Assembly: GCA_034664845.1 (NCBI GenBank)
Contig: JAXDGW010000010.1
Span: forward strand, 58,936-122,935
Source: Thermoanaerobaculia bacterium
GTDB lineage: Bacteria; Acidobacteriota; Thermoanaerobaculia; Gp7-AA8
Direction: 5' to 3'
Length of the DNA stretch: 64,000 bases
Below, piece by piece: positions 38,065-47,512 of this stretch. The first letter of the stretch is position 1. The number at the start of each line of letters is the position of its first letter. Made by a program: the position numbers and the translations under genes. The notes beneath the pieces are model-generated. The model worked only from the letters and a program-made list of their open reading frames with translations, made no database searches and had not been told where the DNA came from.

Positions 38065-39807
38065 TTACTGGAGGTAGCCGAGCGATTTCAACTTCTCGAT
38101 CGTCTCGCGGTCCAGTCTTCGGGTCATGGCGTCTCGAACCTCCGCCGGCGACCCTTTCAGGTTGGACATGAAGAGTCCGAAGTACGGATCGGCGTCGCGC
38201 GCACGATCGAGCATCCCGGCTGCAAGTGCACGTTTCCTGGATCGAATCGCGAGAAGGTCAACCTGTTCAGCGCGATCCGCACGGACATCGTAGAGTCGCA
38301 CCGGAGACCCGGCAAGCACCCTGCTGACTCTGTTCCCGAAATGCAGCAACTTGTAGATGCCATCCGGCGTCAGCTCGATCCGTCCCCAGTAAAAGACCCC
38401 CAGCCGCTCGAGATCTTCGACATCTTTTTTCAGTACGGCCCCTCGATCATCCTTTTGACTGGCCAGTAATTGATGGACGGCATCCGTGTACGTGAGCGCG
38501 GAGACCGAACTTACCTGCATCGATTTTCGCTTCGTCACGGCGAACATGTTCATCGAGTCGGAAGCAGGGCCGGTTCCGAAGTCTTCGCCGAGAAGATAGC
38601 CAAGAGTCCTCACGAAATCGGCATGACTGACGAGGCGGTCGGCGACACGCCCCGGCAGGATCGCTCCGTTTTCTGTGTAGTAGAGCAGCGGTACATGCAG
38701 CGTCGATTCGAACGGACTGGGCCAGTGCTCGCCGTGGAAGCCGTGATCGTAAGACTCGCCATGGTCGGCCGTGATGACGAAGAGCGTTTTCTTCGTCAGT
38801 CCGCGTGCTTTGAAATCGTCAAAGAGCTGCTTGAGCGCGGCGTCCGCCTCGCTGAGATTGGCGTCGTAGTAAGCGAATTGGTTGGCGCGGAATGCACCTG
38901 AATCGACGGCACCCAACGCCAGTTGTTCCTCCGTGGGGCCCTTCGGGGCTTTACCCGCCGGCAGCGTTTTCGAATGCCGGCGGAGAAACTCTTCGGCGAT
39001 GGGAGTCACCGGCGCGTGCCCTCCCTTCAGGTGAATCATCGCGAAGAACGGCTTGCCGGAGGAGAGCAGCGGCAGACAATGCTCCCTGAATTGCTGGTAC
39101 GAAACGCGATTCGAGCTCCACGGCCGCGTTGCCGCGTCGGGACCAACCGGGTATTCGAAGTGATCGAATCCCCGCTCCATCTTGTTCAGGTCGTGCAGAA
39201 AGAACGCGACCGTGCTTCCAACGGTCACATATCCCCGCTTTCGCAACTCCTCGGGAAGCCAGAACACGCCCGGGGCAAGCGGCACACCGTTGTAGAGCAC
39301 TCCGTGTTTCGGCGGCACGAGACCCGACAGGAGCGTCGCGTGTGCCGGCGAGGTCGAGCCGGTGATCGTGTACGCGTGCATGACGAGCAGACCCTTGCGC
39401 GCGAGCGAGTCGAAGTAGGGCATCGTGCGCGGCGATCCACCGTATGCGCCGATGCGCGCAGCATCCGTGGCGTCGAGCGTGATGAGAACGACGTTCCACC
39501 CATCGAGGGAGCCGAGGCGCGGAGTTGGGGACGAGGCCGCGGAACCGAGGAGAAGGAGTGCGATGAAGGGAAGTGCGAGTCTTAGAGAGTGAATCCCGCC
39601 TTCCTTCCGTCGTCGTGAAACATCTTCACGGTTTCGAGCGAGTAGTCGTCGAGGTCCTTCCCCATCAGACTCAGCTTCTTGAGAATGTCGTTCGTCACCG
39701 TGATGATGTGACAGCCGATGGCGTCGGCTTGCAGGATGTTGAGCAACTCGCGAGGGCTCGCCCAGATCAGTTCGGCGCTGGGAGCAGCTTTCAGGATGCT
39801 CAGGCAT
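38065..39807 (-). CDS. Alkaline-phosphatase-superfamily 'sulfatase-like' hydrolase/transferase with Thr nucleophile (phospho-substituent transferase candidate)
   Basis: Signal/TM LRLALPFIALLLLGSAASS. The conserved block VVLITLDATDAARIGAYGG...TGSTSPAHATLLSGL has T-S-P-A-H in place of the formylglycine C/S-x-P-x-R motif, as in LtaS/MdoB/EptA-type transferases. The only canonical in-frame start is the ATG at 39807, which forces a 226-bp overlap with the transaldolase gene, so the true start is uncertain. Confidence 0.5.
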   Translation of the reverse strand: MPEHPESCSQRRTDLGEPSRVAQHPASRRHRLSHHHGDERHSQEAESDGEGPRRLLARNREDVSRRRKEGGIHSLRLALPFIALLLLGSAASSPTPRLGSLDGWNVVLITLDATDAARIGAYGGSPRTMPYFDSLARKGLLVMHAYTITGSTSPAHATLLSGLVPPKHGVLYNGVPLAPGVFWLPEELRKRGYVTVGSTVAFFLHDLNKMERGFDHFEYPVGPDAATRPWSSNRVSYQQFREHCLPLLSSGKPFFAMIHLKGGHAPVTPIAEEFLRRHSKTLPAGKAPKGPTEEQLALGAVDSGAFRANQFAYYDANLSEADAALKQLFDDFKARGLTKKTLFVITADHGESYDHGFHGEHWPSPFESTLHVPLLYYTENGAILPGRVADRLVSHADFVRTLGYLLGEDFGTGPASDSMNMFAVTKRKSMQVSSVSALTYTDAVHQLLASQKDDRGAVLKKDVEDLERLGVFYWGRIELTPDGIYKLLHFGNRVSRVLAGSPVRLYDVRADRAEQVDLLAIRSRKRALAAGMLDRARDADPYFGLFMSNLKGSPAEVRDAMTRRLDRETIEKLKSLGYLQ

Positions 39808-40319
39808 TCGGTCATGATGGGAATCGGATCCCGGCCGGTATCGGCGATGCGGCCGGCGAAGACTGAGACGCAGGAGGGCACACTTGCGTTTACAGCACCG
39901 GCGACATTGCGCACCTGATCGATCGTCATGATGGCGGTGATATTCAGCTTCACCCCATCATTCGAAAGTCGCCGCACGAGCTCGTACGCCGGCTCGCGGC
40001 GCGTGTTCGTGACGGGGATCTTGACGTAGACGTTGCCGCCCCACGTGGCAATCTCGCGCGCCTGCCGCTCCATCTCGTCGAATTCATCCGAGAAGACCTC
40101 GAACGAGATGGGCCGGTCGGGGATTGCAGCGACGATGTCATGCGCGAACGCGCGGTAGTCGGTCAGCCCCACCTTGTGCATCAACGTTGGATTGGTAGTG
40201 AAGCCTTTGATGTACGGTTTGGCGTACATCTCCAGCATGCCGGCCTTATCCGCGCCATCGGCGAAGATTTTCACGTTGAGGTCTTCAAGAGGTTTGGTCA
40301 CTGGTTTTCGAGAATCCAA
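39582..40319 (-). CDS. tal: Transaldolase / fructose-6-phosphate aldolase family (short TalC/FSA type)
   Basis: VKIFADGADKAG...GFTTNPTLM...VYVKIPVTNTRREP. The Schiff-base lysine region (VKIP) is typical of the about 220-aa class. The start may be the GTG near 40274. Confidence 0.75.
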   Translation of the reverse strand: MDSRKPVTKPLEDLNVKIFADGADKAGMLEMYAKPYIKGFTTNPTLMHKVGLTDYRAFAHDIVAAIPDRPISFEVFSDEFDEMERQAREIATWGGNVYVKIPVTNTRREPAYELVRRLSNDGVKLNITAIMTIDQVRNVAGAVNASVPSCVSVFAGRIADTGRDPIPIMTECLSILKAAPSAELIWASPRELLNILQADAIGCHIITVTNDILKKLSLMGKDLDDYSLETVKMFHDDGRKAGFTL

Positions 40320-40840
40320 TCTGCGGCCGCTGCGAGTGAAGGAACGCGGACGAACGGAGCCTCCGGCTGCCGCTCGCGATACCCATTATCGACGAAAAGA
40401 CACCGGCAACCGGCACGCTGGCCGGCTTCGATGTCGCGCCAGCGATCTCCCACCATGAACGAGCGCTCGACCTCGACGTCGTGCCGTCGTGCAGCGGCGA
40501 GGATCGCTCCCGGCTTTGGCTTCCGGCAGTCACAGTCGTCGCCGTCGTGAAAGCACGTCAGCACTTCGTCGATCGCCAGCTCTGAAGCCAGCCGCTCGTG
40601 CATGGCCTCGACCTTGTCCCGCGTCTGCGTTCCGCGCGCGACGTCCGGCTGATTCGTAATCACGATCAGGCGGAACCCAGCACTGCGCAGCTTGCTCAGC
40701 GCATCCGCGACGCCGGAGAGCACTTCCAACTCATCGACGCTTTCCGGCGGGTGAGGTTTTCCGTCACGCACGATGGCGCGGTTGATGACGCCGTCCCGAT
40801 CGAGAAAGACGGCGCGCGCCACTACCGGGTCGACTCCCAT
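40298..40840 (-). CDS. gmhB: D-glycero-D-manno-heptose 1,7-bisphosphate phosphatase (HAD-IIIA, GmhB-like)
   Basis: AVFLDRDGVINR (DxDGT/V motif I), VITNQ and GDRWRDIEAGQRAG. 180 aa. Confidence 0.8.
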   Translation of the reverse strand: MGVDPVVARAVFLDRDGVINRAIVRDGKPHPPESVDELEVLSGVADALSKLRSAGFRLIVITNQPDVARGTQTRDKVEAMHERLASELAIDEVLTCFHDGDDCDCRKPKPGAILAAARRHDVEVERSFMVGDRWRDIEAGQRAGCRCLFVDNGYRERQPEAPFVRVPSLAAAADWILENQ

Positions 40841-41433
40841 TTTGTCTCGGCGGCTTTCAATTTCGGATGCGACACCAGCAGGTGCCAGATCACGGCTTGA
40901 AACGCTTCCGTGTGCGGGGTGACGTTCTGCGGATTCACGGTGGGAACGATGACGCAGGCGTCCGCAACTTTCGCTGTGTAGCCTCCATCGCGACCAACGA
41001 TGCCACAGATCGTCGCACCAACCTCTTTCCCGTATTCGAGGGCGGCTACGAGGTTGGGGCTCACATTTTTCTCCCGATCGCCACCGCCGACTGAGAGAAC
41101 GAAGAGCAGGTCCTCCGGGCGCAACCTGCTAACCTTCAGCCATTCGATGAACACCGACGCCCAGCCATCATCGTTCGTGCGCGCGGTCAGTTCGCTGACG
41201 TTGTCGGTCGGGGCATACGCCTCGATGCCGCAGATCTTGCGGAAGTCATTCACAGCGTGGGAGCAGTTGGCCGCGCTACCGCCGACGCCGAGCAGAAAAA
41301 GACGGCCATGCCGCTCCCGCAGCTCGGCGAGGAGGGCGGCTGTTCGTTCGATCGAATCGGCGTCGAGCGCAGCAATGATCGCGGCCGCTTCCTGAAGATG
41401 TCGTTGTGCGTAGCTCATCGGCGAGAGCGCCAT
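40822..41433 (-). CDS. gmhA: Sedoheptulose-7-phosphate isomerase (SIS domain, GmhA)
   Basis: RLFLLGVGGSAANCSHAVNDF...LLFVLSVGGG...ICGIVGRDGG. Confidence 0.85.
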   Translation of the reverse strand: MALSPMSYAQRHLQEAAAIIAALDADSIERTAALLAELRERHGRLFLLGVGGSAANCSHAVNDFRKICGIEAYAPTDNVSELTARTNDDGWASVFIEWLKVSRLRPEDLLFVLSVGGGDREKNVSPNLVAALEYGKEVGATICGIVGRDGGYTAKVADACVIVPTVNPQNVTPHTEAFQAVIWHLLVSHPKLKAAETKWESTR

Positions 41434-41449
41434 TGTAGCGGGCTGTCAC

Positions 41450-42430
41450 TCACGACATGAGCACTTTGGTACCCTCGAAATCGAAACGGAACCGCACCTC
41501 TTCCAGTCCTGCCTCACTCATCGCCCTTCGCAATCCCGTTCGATCCTCGGCGTAAAACAACAGGAACCCACCACCGCCGGCACCGACCAGCTTCCCTCCG
41601 ATGGCGCCGCTGCGGCGTGCGAGCTCGTACCACTCATCGATCTGCGGATTGCTCATTCCGCGCGAGCGCCGCTTCTTGTGCTCCCAATGCTCGTGCAGCA
41701 GCTCTCCGAACTCATGACACCGGCCAGCCTCGAGCGCGCTCTGGCTGCGGTAACCAAGATCCTTGACGTAGTGGAGGTTGTCGATCATCTCGGGATCTGC
41801 CTCTTCGGAACGCGTTTTCTGATCCTGCAGGAGGCTTCCCGCGCTTCGTGAAAAGCCGGTGAAGAAGAGGAGGAGATTGTCCTCGAGCTCGAACAGCGTA
41901 TCCATCGCCAGCGTCAGAGGCCGCGCCGCAACCGAGCCGTCGGGATGAAAATCGAAGCAGGTCACTCCGCCGTATGCCGCGATGTACTGATCCTGCTTCC
42001 CGACCGGCTCATGCAACCGTTCGATCTCAATCTCGCAGGCCAGCCGCGCCACCTCACTCGAATGCAGCAGCCGCCGCCGGTGGGCGTAAAGCGCCTTGAC
42101 CAGCGCGGTGGTGAAGCTCCCTGACGACCCGAGGCCGGTGCCGGATGGGATCTCGGCGAGCGTGGTGATCTCGATCTGCGGCGTGCGCAGGTTCATCATC
42201 CGCAGTGCCTCGCGCAGGATCGGATGCCGCACTTCATCGACAGTGTCGACGTTCTCGATGTCGGAGTACTTCAGACGGATGCCCGCGCCGAAAGGACGGT
42301 TGACGGTAACGTAGACGTAGCGGTCGATGGCCGCGGCGATGAGGAATCCACCGAATTTCTCGTAGTACGAAGGCAGGTCCGTACCACCGCCACCCAGACT
42401 GATCCGGAGGGGGCTGCGCGTGATGATCAT
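41450..42430 (-). CDS. GHMP-family sugar kinase, D-glycero-D-manno-heptose 7-phosphate kinase (HddA/WcbL-like)
   Basis: MIITRSPLRISLGGGGTDLP...PSGTGLGSSGSFTTALV (GHMP motif 2) ... GAGGGGFLLFY (motif 3). Confidence 0.75.
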   Translation of the reverse strand: MIITRSPLRISLGGGGTDLPSYYEKFGGFLIAAAIDRYVYVTVNRPFGAGIRLKYSDIENVDTVDEVRHPILREALRMMNLRTPQIEITTLAEIPSGTGLGSSGSFTTALVKALYAHRRRLLHSSEVARLACEIEIERLHEPVGKQDQYIAAYGGVTCFDFHPDGSVAARPLTLAMDTLFELEDNLLLFFTGFSRSAGSLLQDQKTRSEEADPEMIDNLHYVKDLGYRSQSALEAGRCHEFGELLHEHWEHKKRRSRGMSNPQIDEWYELARRSGAIGGKLVGAGGGGFLLFYAEDRTGLRRAMSEAGLEEVRFRFDFEGTKVLMS

Positions 42431-42552
42431 CGCTCTCTCTCCCGATCCCGAACCGCCGTCATCTTCGTCATTCGCACGAGCATACGCAAGCGGCAGGCGT
42501 CCCGTCGGATTATGGCGGTGAAGTCAGTCGGAACTCGCCGTCATAGGGAGAA

Positions 42553-44229
42553 TCAGCCGCGAATCCGCATCGCCCCAAGCAACGCCAAGATTCCCGCGAG
42601 GGCCACCAAGACCCACATCGAGGCGGCTGGGATCACCGCCGGATTGACCGTGGTGATCGCTAACGTGGAGGTGTTGTTCGCTGGATTCAAATCCGTCTCC
42701 GTCGCTGTCACGGTTGCCGTATTCGCGATCGGCCCAGGCGTTGACGCGCTAGTCAACGTGAGACTGATCGTCGCGCTACTCCCGTTCGTCAACGCGCCGA
42801 GTACGCAAGTCACCGTCGTCGTTCCGCTACACGACCCCAGCGACGACGTCGCGGAGACGAACGTGGTGCCCGCCGGAAGCACATCCGTGACAGTCACATT
42901 GTTCGCCGCCCCAGGACCATTGTTGACGACCGCGATGGTGTAAGTGATGTTTCCGCCGGCAGGAAAGAGCGGCCCGCCGGTGATGGACTTTGTGATGTTG
43001 AGGTCTGGTGCCGGGACGAAAACTAACGCAGCACCGGCGTTATTGCTGTCATTTGGCGCTCCCAGAATGGCCGTGAAGCCATCGGCAGAAAGGGACACAG
43101 CATTGCCTTCGAAAGCGGTCCCTATTAAGTCAAAACCAACCAGCTTCGAGGACTGCTGAGTCCAAATCACGCCGTTCCTTTTCCAGACCCAGGCCGCCCC
43201 GACGTCATTGTTGTCGCGTGGACCGCCGATGAGGGCGGTATTGCCGTTTGCCGAGATAGATACGGAATCGCCCTGTCGAGAGAATCCCCCGAGAACGCCA
43301 GAGCCGACCAACTTGGTTCCCTGTTGAGTCCAGACTCCTCCGACTCTCGTCCAGACCCACCCGGCACCAACGACATTGTCGTCATATGCTCCTCCGACAA
43401 GGGCCGTGTTGCCATCGGCCGAGAGAGACACGGCGGTACCTTGTTGAGCGTTACCCACCGCCCCGGAACCGACCAGTTTGCCTCCCTGTTGAGTCCACAC
43501 TCCTCCACTTCTGGTCCATACCCAAACTGCCCCATCGGTGTTGTTATCGAAGGGGCCGCCAACAATCGCTGTATTGCCGTCACCGGACAGGCATACGGAT
43601 GTGCCTTGGATCGCATTACCCATGGCTCCCGAACTCACGAGTTTGGTCCCCTGCTGAGTCCACAACCCGCCCGTTCTCGTCCAAATCCACGCCGCCCCAA
43701 CAGAATTATCGGCTGGTCCGCCTATAATGGCCGTGTTGCCATCGGCGGCCAGTGATACGGCAACGCCCTGTTCGCTAGGATTCATAGCACCTGAACCAAC
43801 TAGTTTGGATCCCTGCTGTGCCCAGACACCTCCGCTCCTTGTCCAGACCCAAGCAGCCCCAGCATCATTGTTGTCACTGGGCCCTCCGACAATGGCCGTG
43901 TTGCCGTCGGCCGATATGGAGACGCTGTATCCTTGACTCTGAGGGCCAACGCCCCCTGACCCGACAAGCTTTGGTCCTTGCTGCGTCCAAACTCCTCCGC
44001 TTCTTACCCAAACGAACGCGGCCCCAATGTAGTCGTTGTCATTGAGGCCTCCAACGATGGCCGTGTTGCCATCGGCAGAGAGCGCCACAGATCTGCCTTG
44101 AGCAGCGTTTCCTGCGGCCCCTGTCGCGACCAGCTTAGGACCCTGCTGCGAGAACTGCGCGAAGGCCGAACGAGAAAGCAACGTTGCGGCGAAAAGGGCG
44201 ATCAACGCAATAGAATGGCGCCGTTTCAT
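42553..44229 (-). CDS. Secreted tandem-repeat (beta-propeller-like x9) + DUF11/CARDB-like protein with C-terminal IPTL/PEP-CTERM-type sorting signal
   Basis: Signal peptide MKRRHSIALIALFAATLLSRSAFAQ. Nine repeats of about 48 aa (QQG-KLVGSGA-G---QG-SVSLSADGNTAIVGGP-DNN-GAAWVWTRSGGVWTQ). A DUF11-like domain (NITYTIAVVNNGPGAANNVTVTDVLPAG). A C-terminal tail NPAVIPAASMWVLVALAGILALLGAMRIRG made of a short motif, a TM helix and a basic end. Confidence 0.6.
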   Translation of the reverse strand: MKRRHSIALIALFAATLLSRSAFAQFSQQGPKLVATGAAGNAAQGRSVALSADGNTAIVGGLNDNDYIGAAFVWVRSGGVWTQQGPKLVGSGGVGPQSQGYSVSISADGNTAIVGGPSDNNDAGAAWVWTRSGGVWAQQGSKLVGSGAMNPSEQGVAVSLAADGNTAIIGGPADNSVGAAWIWTRTGGLWTQQGTKLVSSGAMGNAIQGTSVCLSGDGNTAIVGGPFDNNTDGAVWVWTRSGGVWTQQGGKLVGSGAVGNAQQGTAVSLSADGNTALVGGAYDDNVVGAGWVWTRVGGVWTQQGTKLVGSGVLGGFSRQGDSVSISANGNTALIGGPRDNNDVGAAWVWKRNGVIWTQQSSKLVGFDLIGTAFEGNAVSLSADGFTAILGAPNDSNNAGAALVFVPAPDLNITKSITGGPLFPAGGNITYTIAVVNNGPGAANNVTVTDVLPAGTTFVSATSSLGSCSGTTTVTCVLGALTNGSSATISLTLTSASTPGPIANTATVTATETDLNPANNTSTLAITTVNPAVIPAASMWVLVALAGILALLGAMRIRG

Positions 44230-44453
44230 GATCATCAGTTTAGGCGGAACAAATGAAAGCTGAGCACTCACCACTACCCAAGGTTGGAAGAGGGCTAACA
44301 TCAGCCGACCAAAGGTACCGGCAATTCTTCGTGGCGACCTCCAGCTATCTTCAGCGGACTGCATCCGACACTCGCCGCCTCGACCGAGAGGTTCACGAAT
44401 CTAGGCATTGATGGCCCGGAAGCCGCCAAACGATTATCGGATCCGAGTGGTTC

Positions 44454-45320
44454 TTACTGCAGCGTAAGGAGCACCAGGATTTCGCCCCGTCCGTTCGGTA
44501 GCGACTCTAATGCCTTACCCAGGATTGTGCCTGGGCGATGCATTTCGATCTCGCCAACCTTCACCGGCACGGATCTCATGGCCATTCCTGAACCACCGCC
44601 GGTGACCAGAAGGTCGCCCACGTGAATACCCGTCTTCCCCGCGTCAACCATCACCTTTACGCGTCCGGTCGTTGCGATCTTACATTTGCCTGGAGCATCT
44701 TCACCCAGGATTACGCCCGGATTCTCCGAGACCACGCCGGCCACGGTAGTGTCGTAGGCTCGCGACGAAGCCATGACTTCGTTCGAATGCTCCTTGTTGA
44801 GAACGACGACCGTTCCAGCCTTCATCGCAGCGTTCGCCGGGACCCATTCAGCGACGTCCTGGTATTTCGCGGCAATGTTCCCATCGGCCATAATCGCTCC
44901 CGCCACGTGAAGCATCGCCTGGGGGTTCGTTGTGCCGATGCCAACGTTGCCGCCATTCGTGACTACCATCTTTGTAGTTTCGGGACTATTGCCGGTATTG
45001 AAAAAGATGCTACCAACGCCGTTGTAGGCATTAAGAATAAAGTTACCCGTGGTACCTCTGAAGACGATATCGCCTGGCACCGCGGTCGTCGAGAACTGCC
45101 CCGCGCCGGCAGCGACGGCGAGGATTCCATCCTGCCCCGTCCGACCGACATTGTAGCCGGCATAGGCACCCGCATTGAGGCTGAACACCTGAGCGATCGT
45201 GCTGCCATTGTGTGAGTACTGGATCGTCCCGTTAGCATCCGGCGGGGTCCATTGGGCAAAACAGGGGACTGCGACGAGAAGCGCCACTAACATCATCAGA
45301 CCACGTGTTCGCGAATTCAT
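44454..45320 (-). CDS. Secreted protein with tail-fibre/collar-like domain
   Basis: Signal peptide MNSRTRGLMMLVALLVAVPCFAQ. NGGNVGIGTTNPQAMLHVAG is a motif typical of phage-tail-fibre-like cell-surface proteins. The C-terminal Gly-rich beta region is unassigned. Confidence 0.35.
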   Translation of the reverse strand: MNSRTRGLMMLVALLVAVPCFAQWTPPDANGTIQYSHNGSTIAQVFSLNAGAYAGYNVGRTGQDGILAVAAGAGQFSTTAVPGDIVFRGTTGNFILNAYNGVGSIFFNTGNSPETTKMVVTNGGNVGIGTTNPQAMLHVAGAIMADGNIAAKYQDVAEWVPANAAMKAGTVVVLNKEHSNEVMASSRAYDTTVAGVVSENPGVILGEDAPGKCKIATTGRVKVMVDAGKTGIHVGDLLVTGGGSGMAMRSVPVKVGEIEMHRPGTILGKALESLPNGRGEILVLLTLQ

Positions 45321-45662
45321 TTGAAGCTCCTTTGATGATTCCGTTCCGATGCCGATTCAGATTTCGAATCACGACGGGCCGCCCGGCCTCGGCATGATGC
45401 TGTTCACTCCGTCGATTCAGGATTGACGCCAGCCCGATCAAGAGCCACCTTACCGTCAGTATACCTCTCCTGGTCCGTCAACGAGACCAGACCTCTGAGT
45501 GCGGCTTCCTGCCGGATTGAGTTGTCGGGATTGCCTGAGCGCGCAATTGTAGTGCTTCCTGAATCAGCATGCAATTCGCCGTCTTTCTGCGCCCCGAAAG
45601 GGGGGGCTGTCATCCATCGTCTTCGGAATCTGGGGAAGTAACTTCGAAGCCCGGCTCTTCCA

Positions 45663-46607
45663 TCAAGAATCCCGCGCCACTCTCCCATTCTCGCCAAACC
45701 ACGCCATTGTTTTCATCAATCCCTCGCGAATCGAGAGAGGCGCGTTGAGGGTGGCCAGCGTTCTCAAGCGGCCACCATCGAGAACACTCCGCATCTGTTC
45801 TCCTGCTTTTGCTTCACCATGAGTCGGCGCGTCCCCCACTCCGGCGGTCGAGGCCAGAATCTCGTACACCTCATTGATCGATGTCTCGACGCCCGTGCCG
45901 ACGTTGTATTCGCCCTGCCAGTCGCCATCGGACGCAGCCAGATTCGCGGCAACGACATCTCCGACGTAGACGAAATCGCGCGTCTGCGTTCCGCTTCCGT
46001 TGATCACGACCGGCTGTCCTTCGAGCAGGCGTCCGGCAAAGATGGCCACAACTCCCGCTTCCCCCTGCGCGTTTTGCCTTGGTCCGTAGACGTTGGCGTA
46101 GCGCAAGGCGACGGATGAGAGGCCGCGCACGACGCGAAAGTAGTGTAGATAGTGCTCGACGGCGAGTTTGGCGCAGCCATACGGCGAGAGCGGCGCGGTT
46201 GGATGCGATTCGTCCTGCAGCCCTCCGACCGGCTCCCCGTAGATCGCGCCGCCGGTCGACGCAAACACGACGCGCTTCACGCCGGCATCGGCGGCCGCTT
46301 CGAGCAAGCGCAACGTTCCGACGACATTCACATCGGCATCGTTGGCCGGATCCTCAACCGATTTGCGAACGTCCATCTGCGCGGCGTGATGACTGATGAC
46401 ATCGGGCTTGAGCGTGCGAATGAGATGGCCCGCGGCGGCATCGCGAATATCAATCTGGTGAAACTCCGCATGTGGGTTGAGGTTGCGGCGGTCGCCGCCG
46501 GAAAGGTTGTCGATGATCGTGACGCGGTCGCCGCGCTCGACGAAGGCGTCAGCAAGGTGTGAGCCGATGAAGCCCGCGCCGCCGGTGATCACGACGTGCA
46601 TGGTCAT
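45663..46607 (-). CDS. NAD-dependent epimerase/dehydratase (UDP-glucose 4-epimerase GalE-like)
   Basis: [34 protein letters not shown] and [13 protein letters not shown] (Y-x3-K). Confidence 0.75.
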   Translation of the reverse strand: MTMHVVITGGAGFIGSHLADAFVERGDRVTIIDNLSGGDRRNLNPHAEFHQIDIRDAAAGHLIRTLKPDVISHHAAQMDVRKSVEDPANDADVNVVGTLRLLEAAADAGVKRVVFASTGGAIYGEPVGGLQDESHPTAPLSPYGCAKLAVEHYLHYFRVVRGLSSVALRYANVYGPRQNAQGEAGVVAIFAGRLLEGQPVVINGSGTQTRDFVYVGDVVAANLAASDGDWQGEYNVGTGVETSINEVYEILASTAGVGDAPTHGEAKAGEQMRSVLDGGRLRTLATLNAPLSIREGLMKTMAWFGENGRVARDS

Positions 46608-47512
46608 GCCGGTGTTGCCGCGGCGCGCGCTGCGCGCTGCGCTTGCTCCTCGAGCAGGCTGAAAAGGTAGCGGCCGTACGTGCTCTTGGCGAGCTTCGTG
46701 GCCAGGTCACGCATTTGCTGCGCGTCGATGAGCCCGAGGTAGTAGGCAACTTCTTCGGGGCAGGCGATCTTCAACCCCTGCCGCAACTCGACGGTCTCGA
46801 CGAAATTGGCGGCCTGCAACAGCGACTCCTGCGTTCCCGTATCGAACCAGGCGTAGCCGCGGCCGAGCTGCTCCACGCGCAGTTCGCCCATCTCCAGATA
46901 GACGCGATTCAGATCGGTGATCTCCAACTCGCCGCGCTTCGAAGGCTTCAGATTCGCGGCGAAGTCGCAGACGCGCTCGTCGTAAAAATAGAGTCCCGTG
47001 ACGGCGAAGTTGGAGCGCGGCTTCTCCGGCTTTTCTTCGATGCTGATGGCGCGGCCGCTTTCATCGAACTCCGCCACACCGTAACGCTCCGGATCGTTCA
47101 CGCGATAGACAAAGACGGTCGCGCCACGGTCGCCTTTGGCGGCTCGCCGCAGCGAGTCCGGCAAACCGTGACCGTAGAAGATGTTGTCGCCCAGGATCAG
47201 GCAGCTCGGCTCCCCGGCAACGAAATCACGTCCGATCAGAAACGCCTGCGCCAGTCCGCCCGGATCGGGCTGCGCTGCATATTCGAGCCGGATTCCCCAC
47301 TGCGATCCGGATCCCAGCAGCTTCTGAAAACTCGCCTGATCCTCGGGCGTGGTGATGATCAAAAAGTCAGTGATGCCGGCGAGCATGAGCGTCGTCAACG
47401 GGTAATAAATCATCGGCTTGTCGTACACGGGCAACAACTGTTTCGACATCGCCGACGTCATCGGATAGAGCCGCGTGCCCGAGCCGCCGGCCAGAATGAT
47501 CCCTTTTTTCAA
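46604..47512 (-). CDS. rfbA: Glucose-1-phosphate thymidylyltransferase
   Basis: (TTG)[46 protein letters not shown]... is near-canonical RmlA. The TTG start at 47510-47512 overlaps the rhomboid TGA (TTGA). The long ORF N-terminal to it is Arg-rich noise. Confidence 0.85.
   Translation of the reverse strand: MKKGIILAGGSGTRLYPMTSAMSKQLLPVYDKPMIYYPLTTLMLAGITDFLIITTPEDQASFQKLLGSGSQWGIRLEYAAQPDPGGLAQAFLIGRDFVAGEPSCLILGDNIFYGHGLPDSLRRAAKGDRGATVFVYRVNDPERYGVAEFDESGRAISIEEKPEKPRSNFAVTGLYFYDERVCDFAANLKPSKRGELEITDLNRVYLEMGELRVEQLGRGYAWFDTGTQESLLQAANFVETVELRQGLKIACPEEVAYYLGLIDAQQMRDLATKLAKSTYGRYLFSLLEEQAQRAARAAATPA

Noticed and set aside
38065-39807. Calling 38065..39807 an arylsulfatase
   Set aside because: The active-site pentapeptide is T-S-P-A-H, not C/S-x-P-x-R. 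That means no formylglycine and no Arg, which fits Thr-nucleophile phosphotransferases of the same superfamily.
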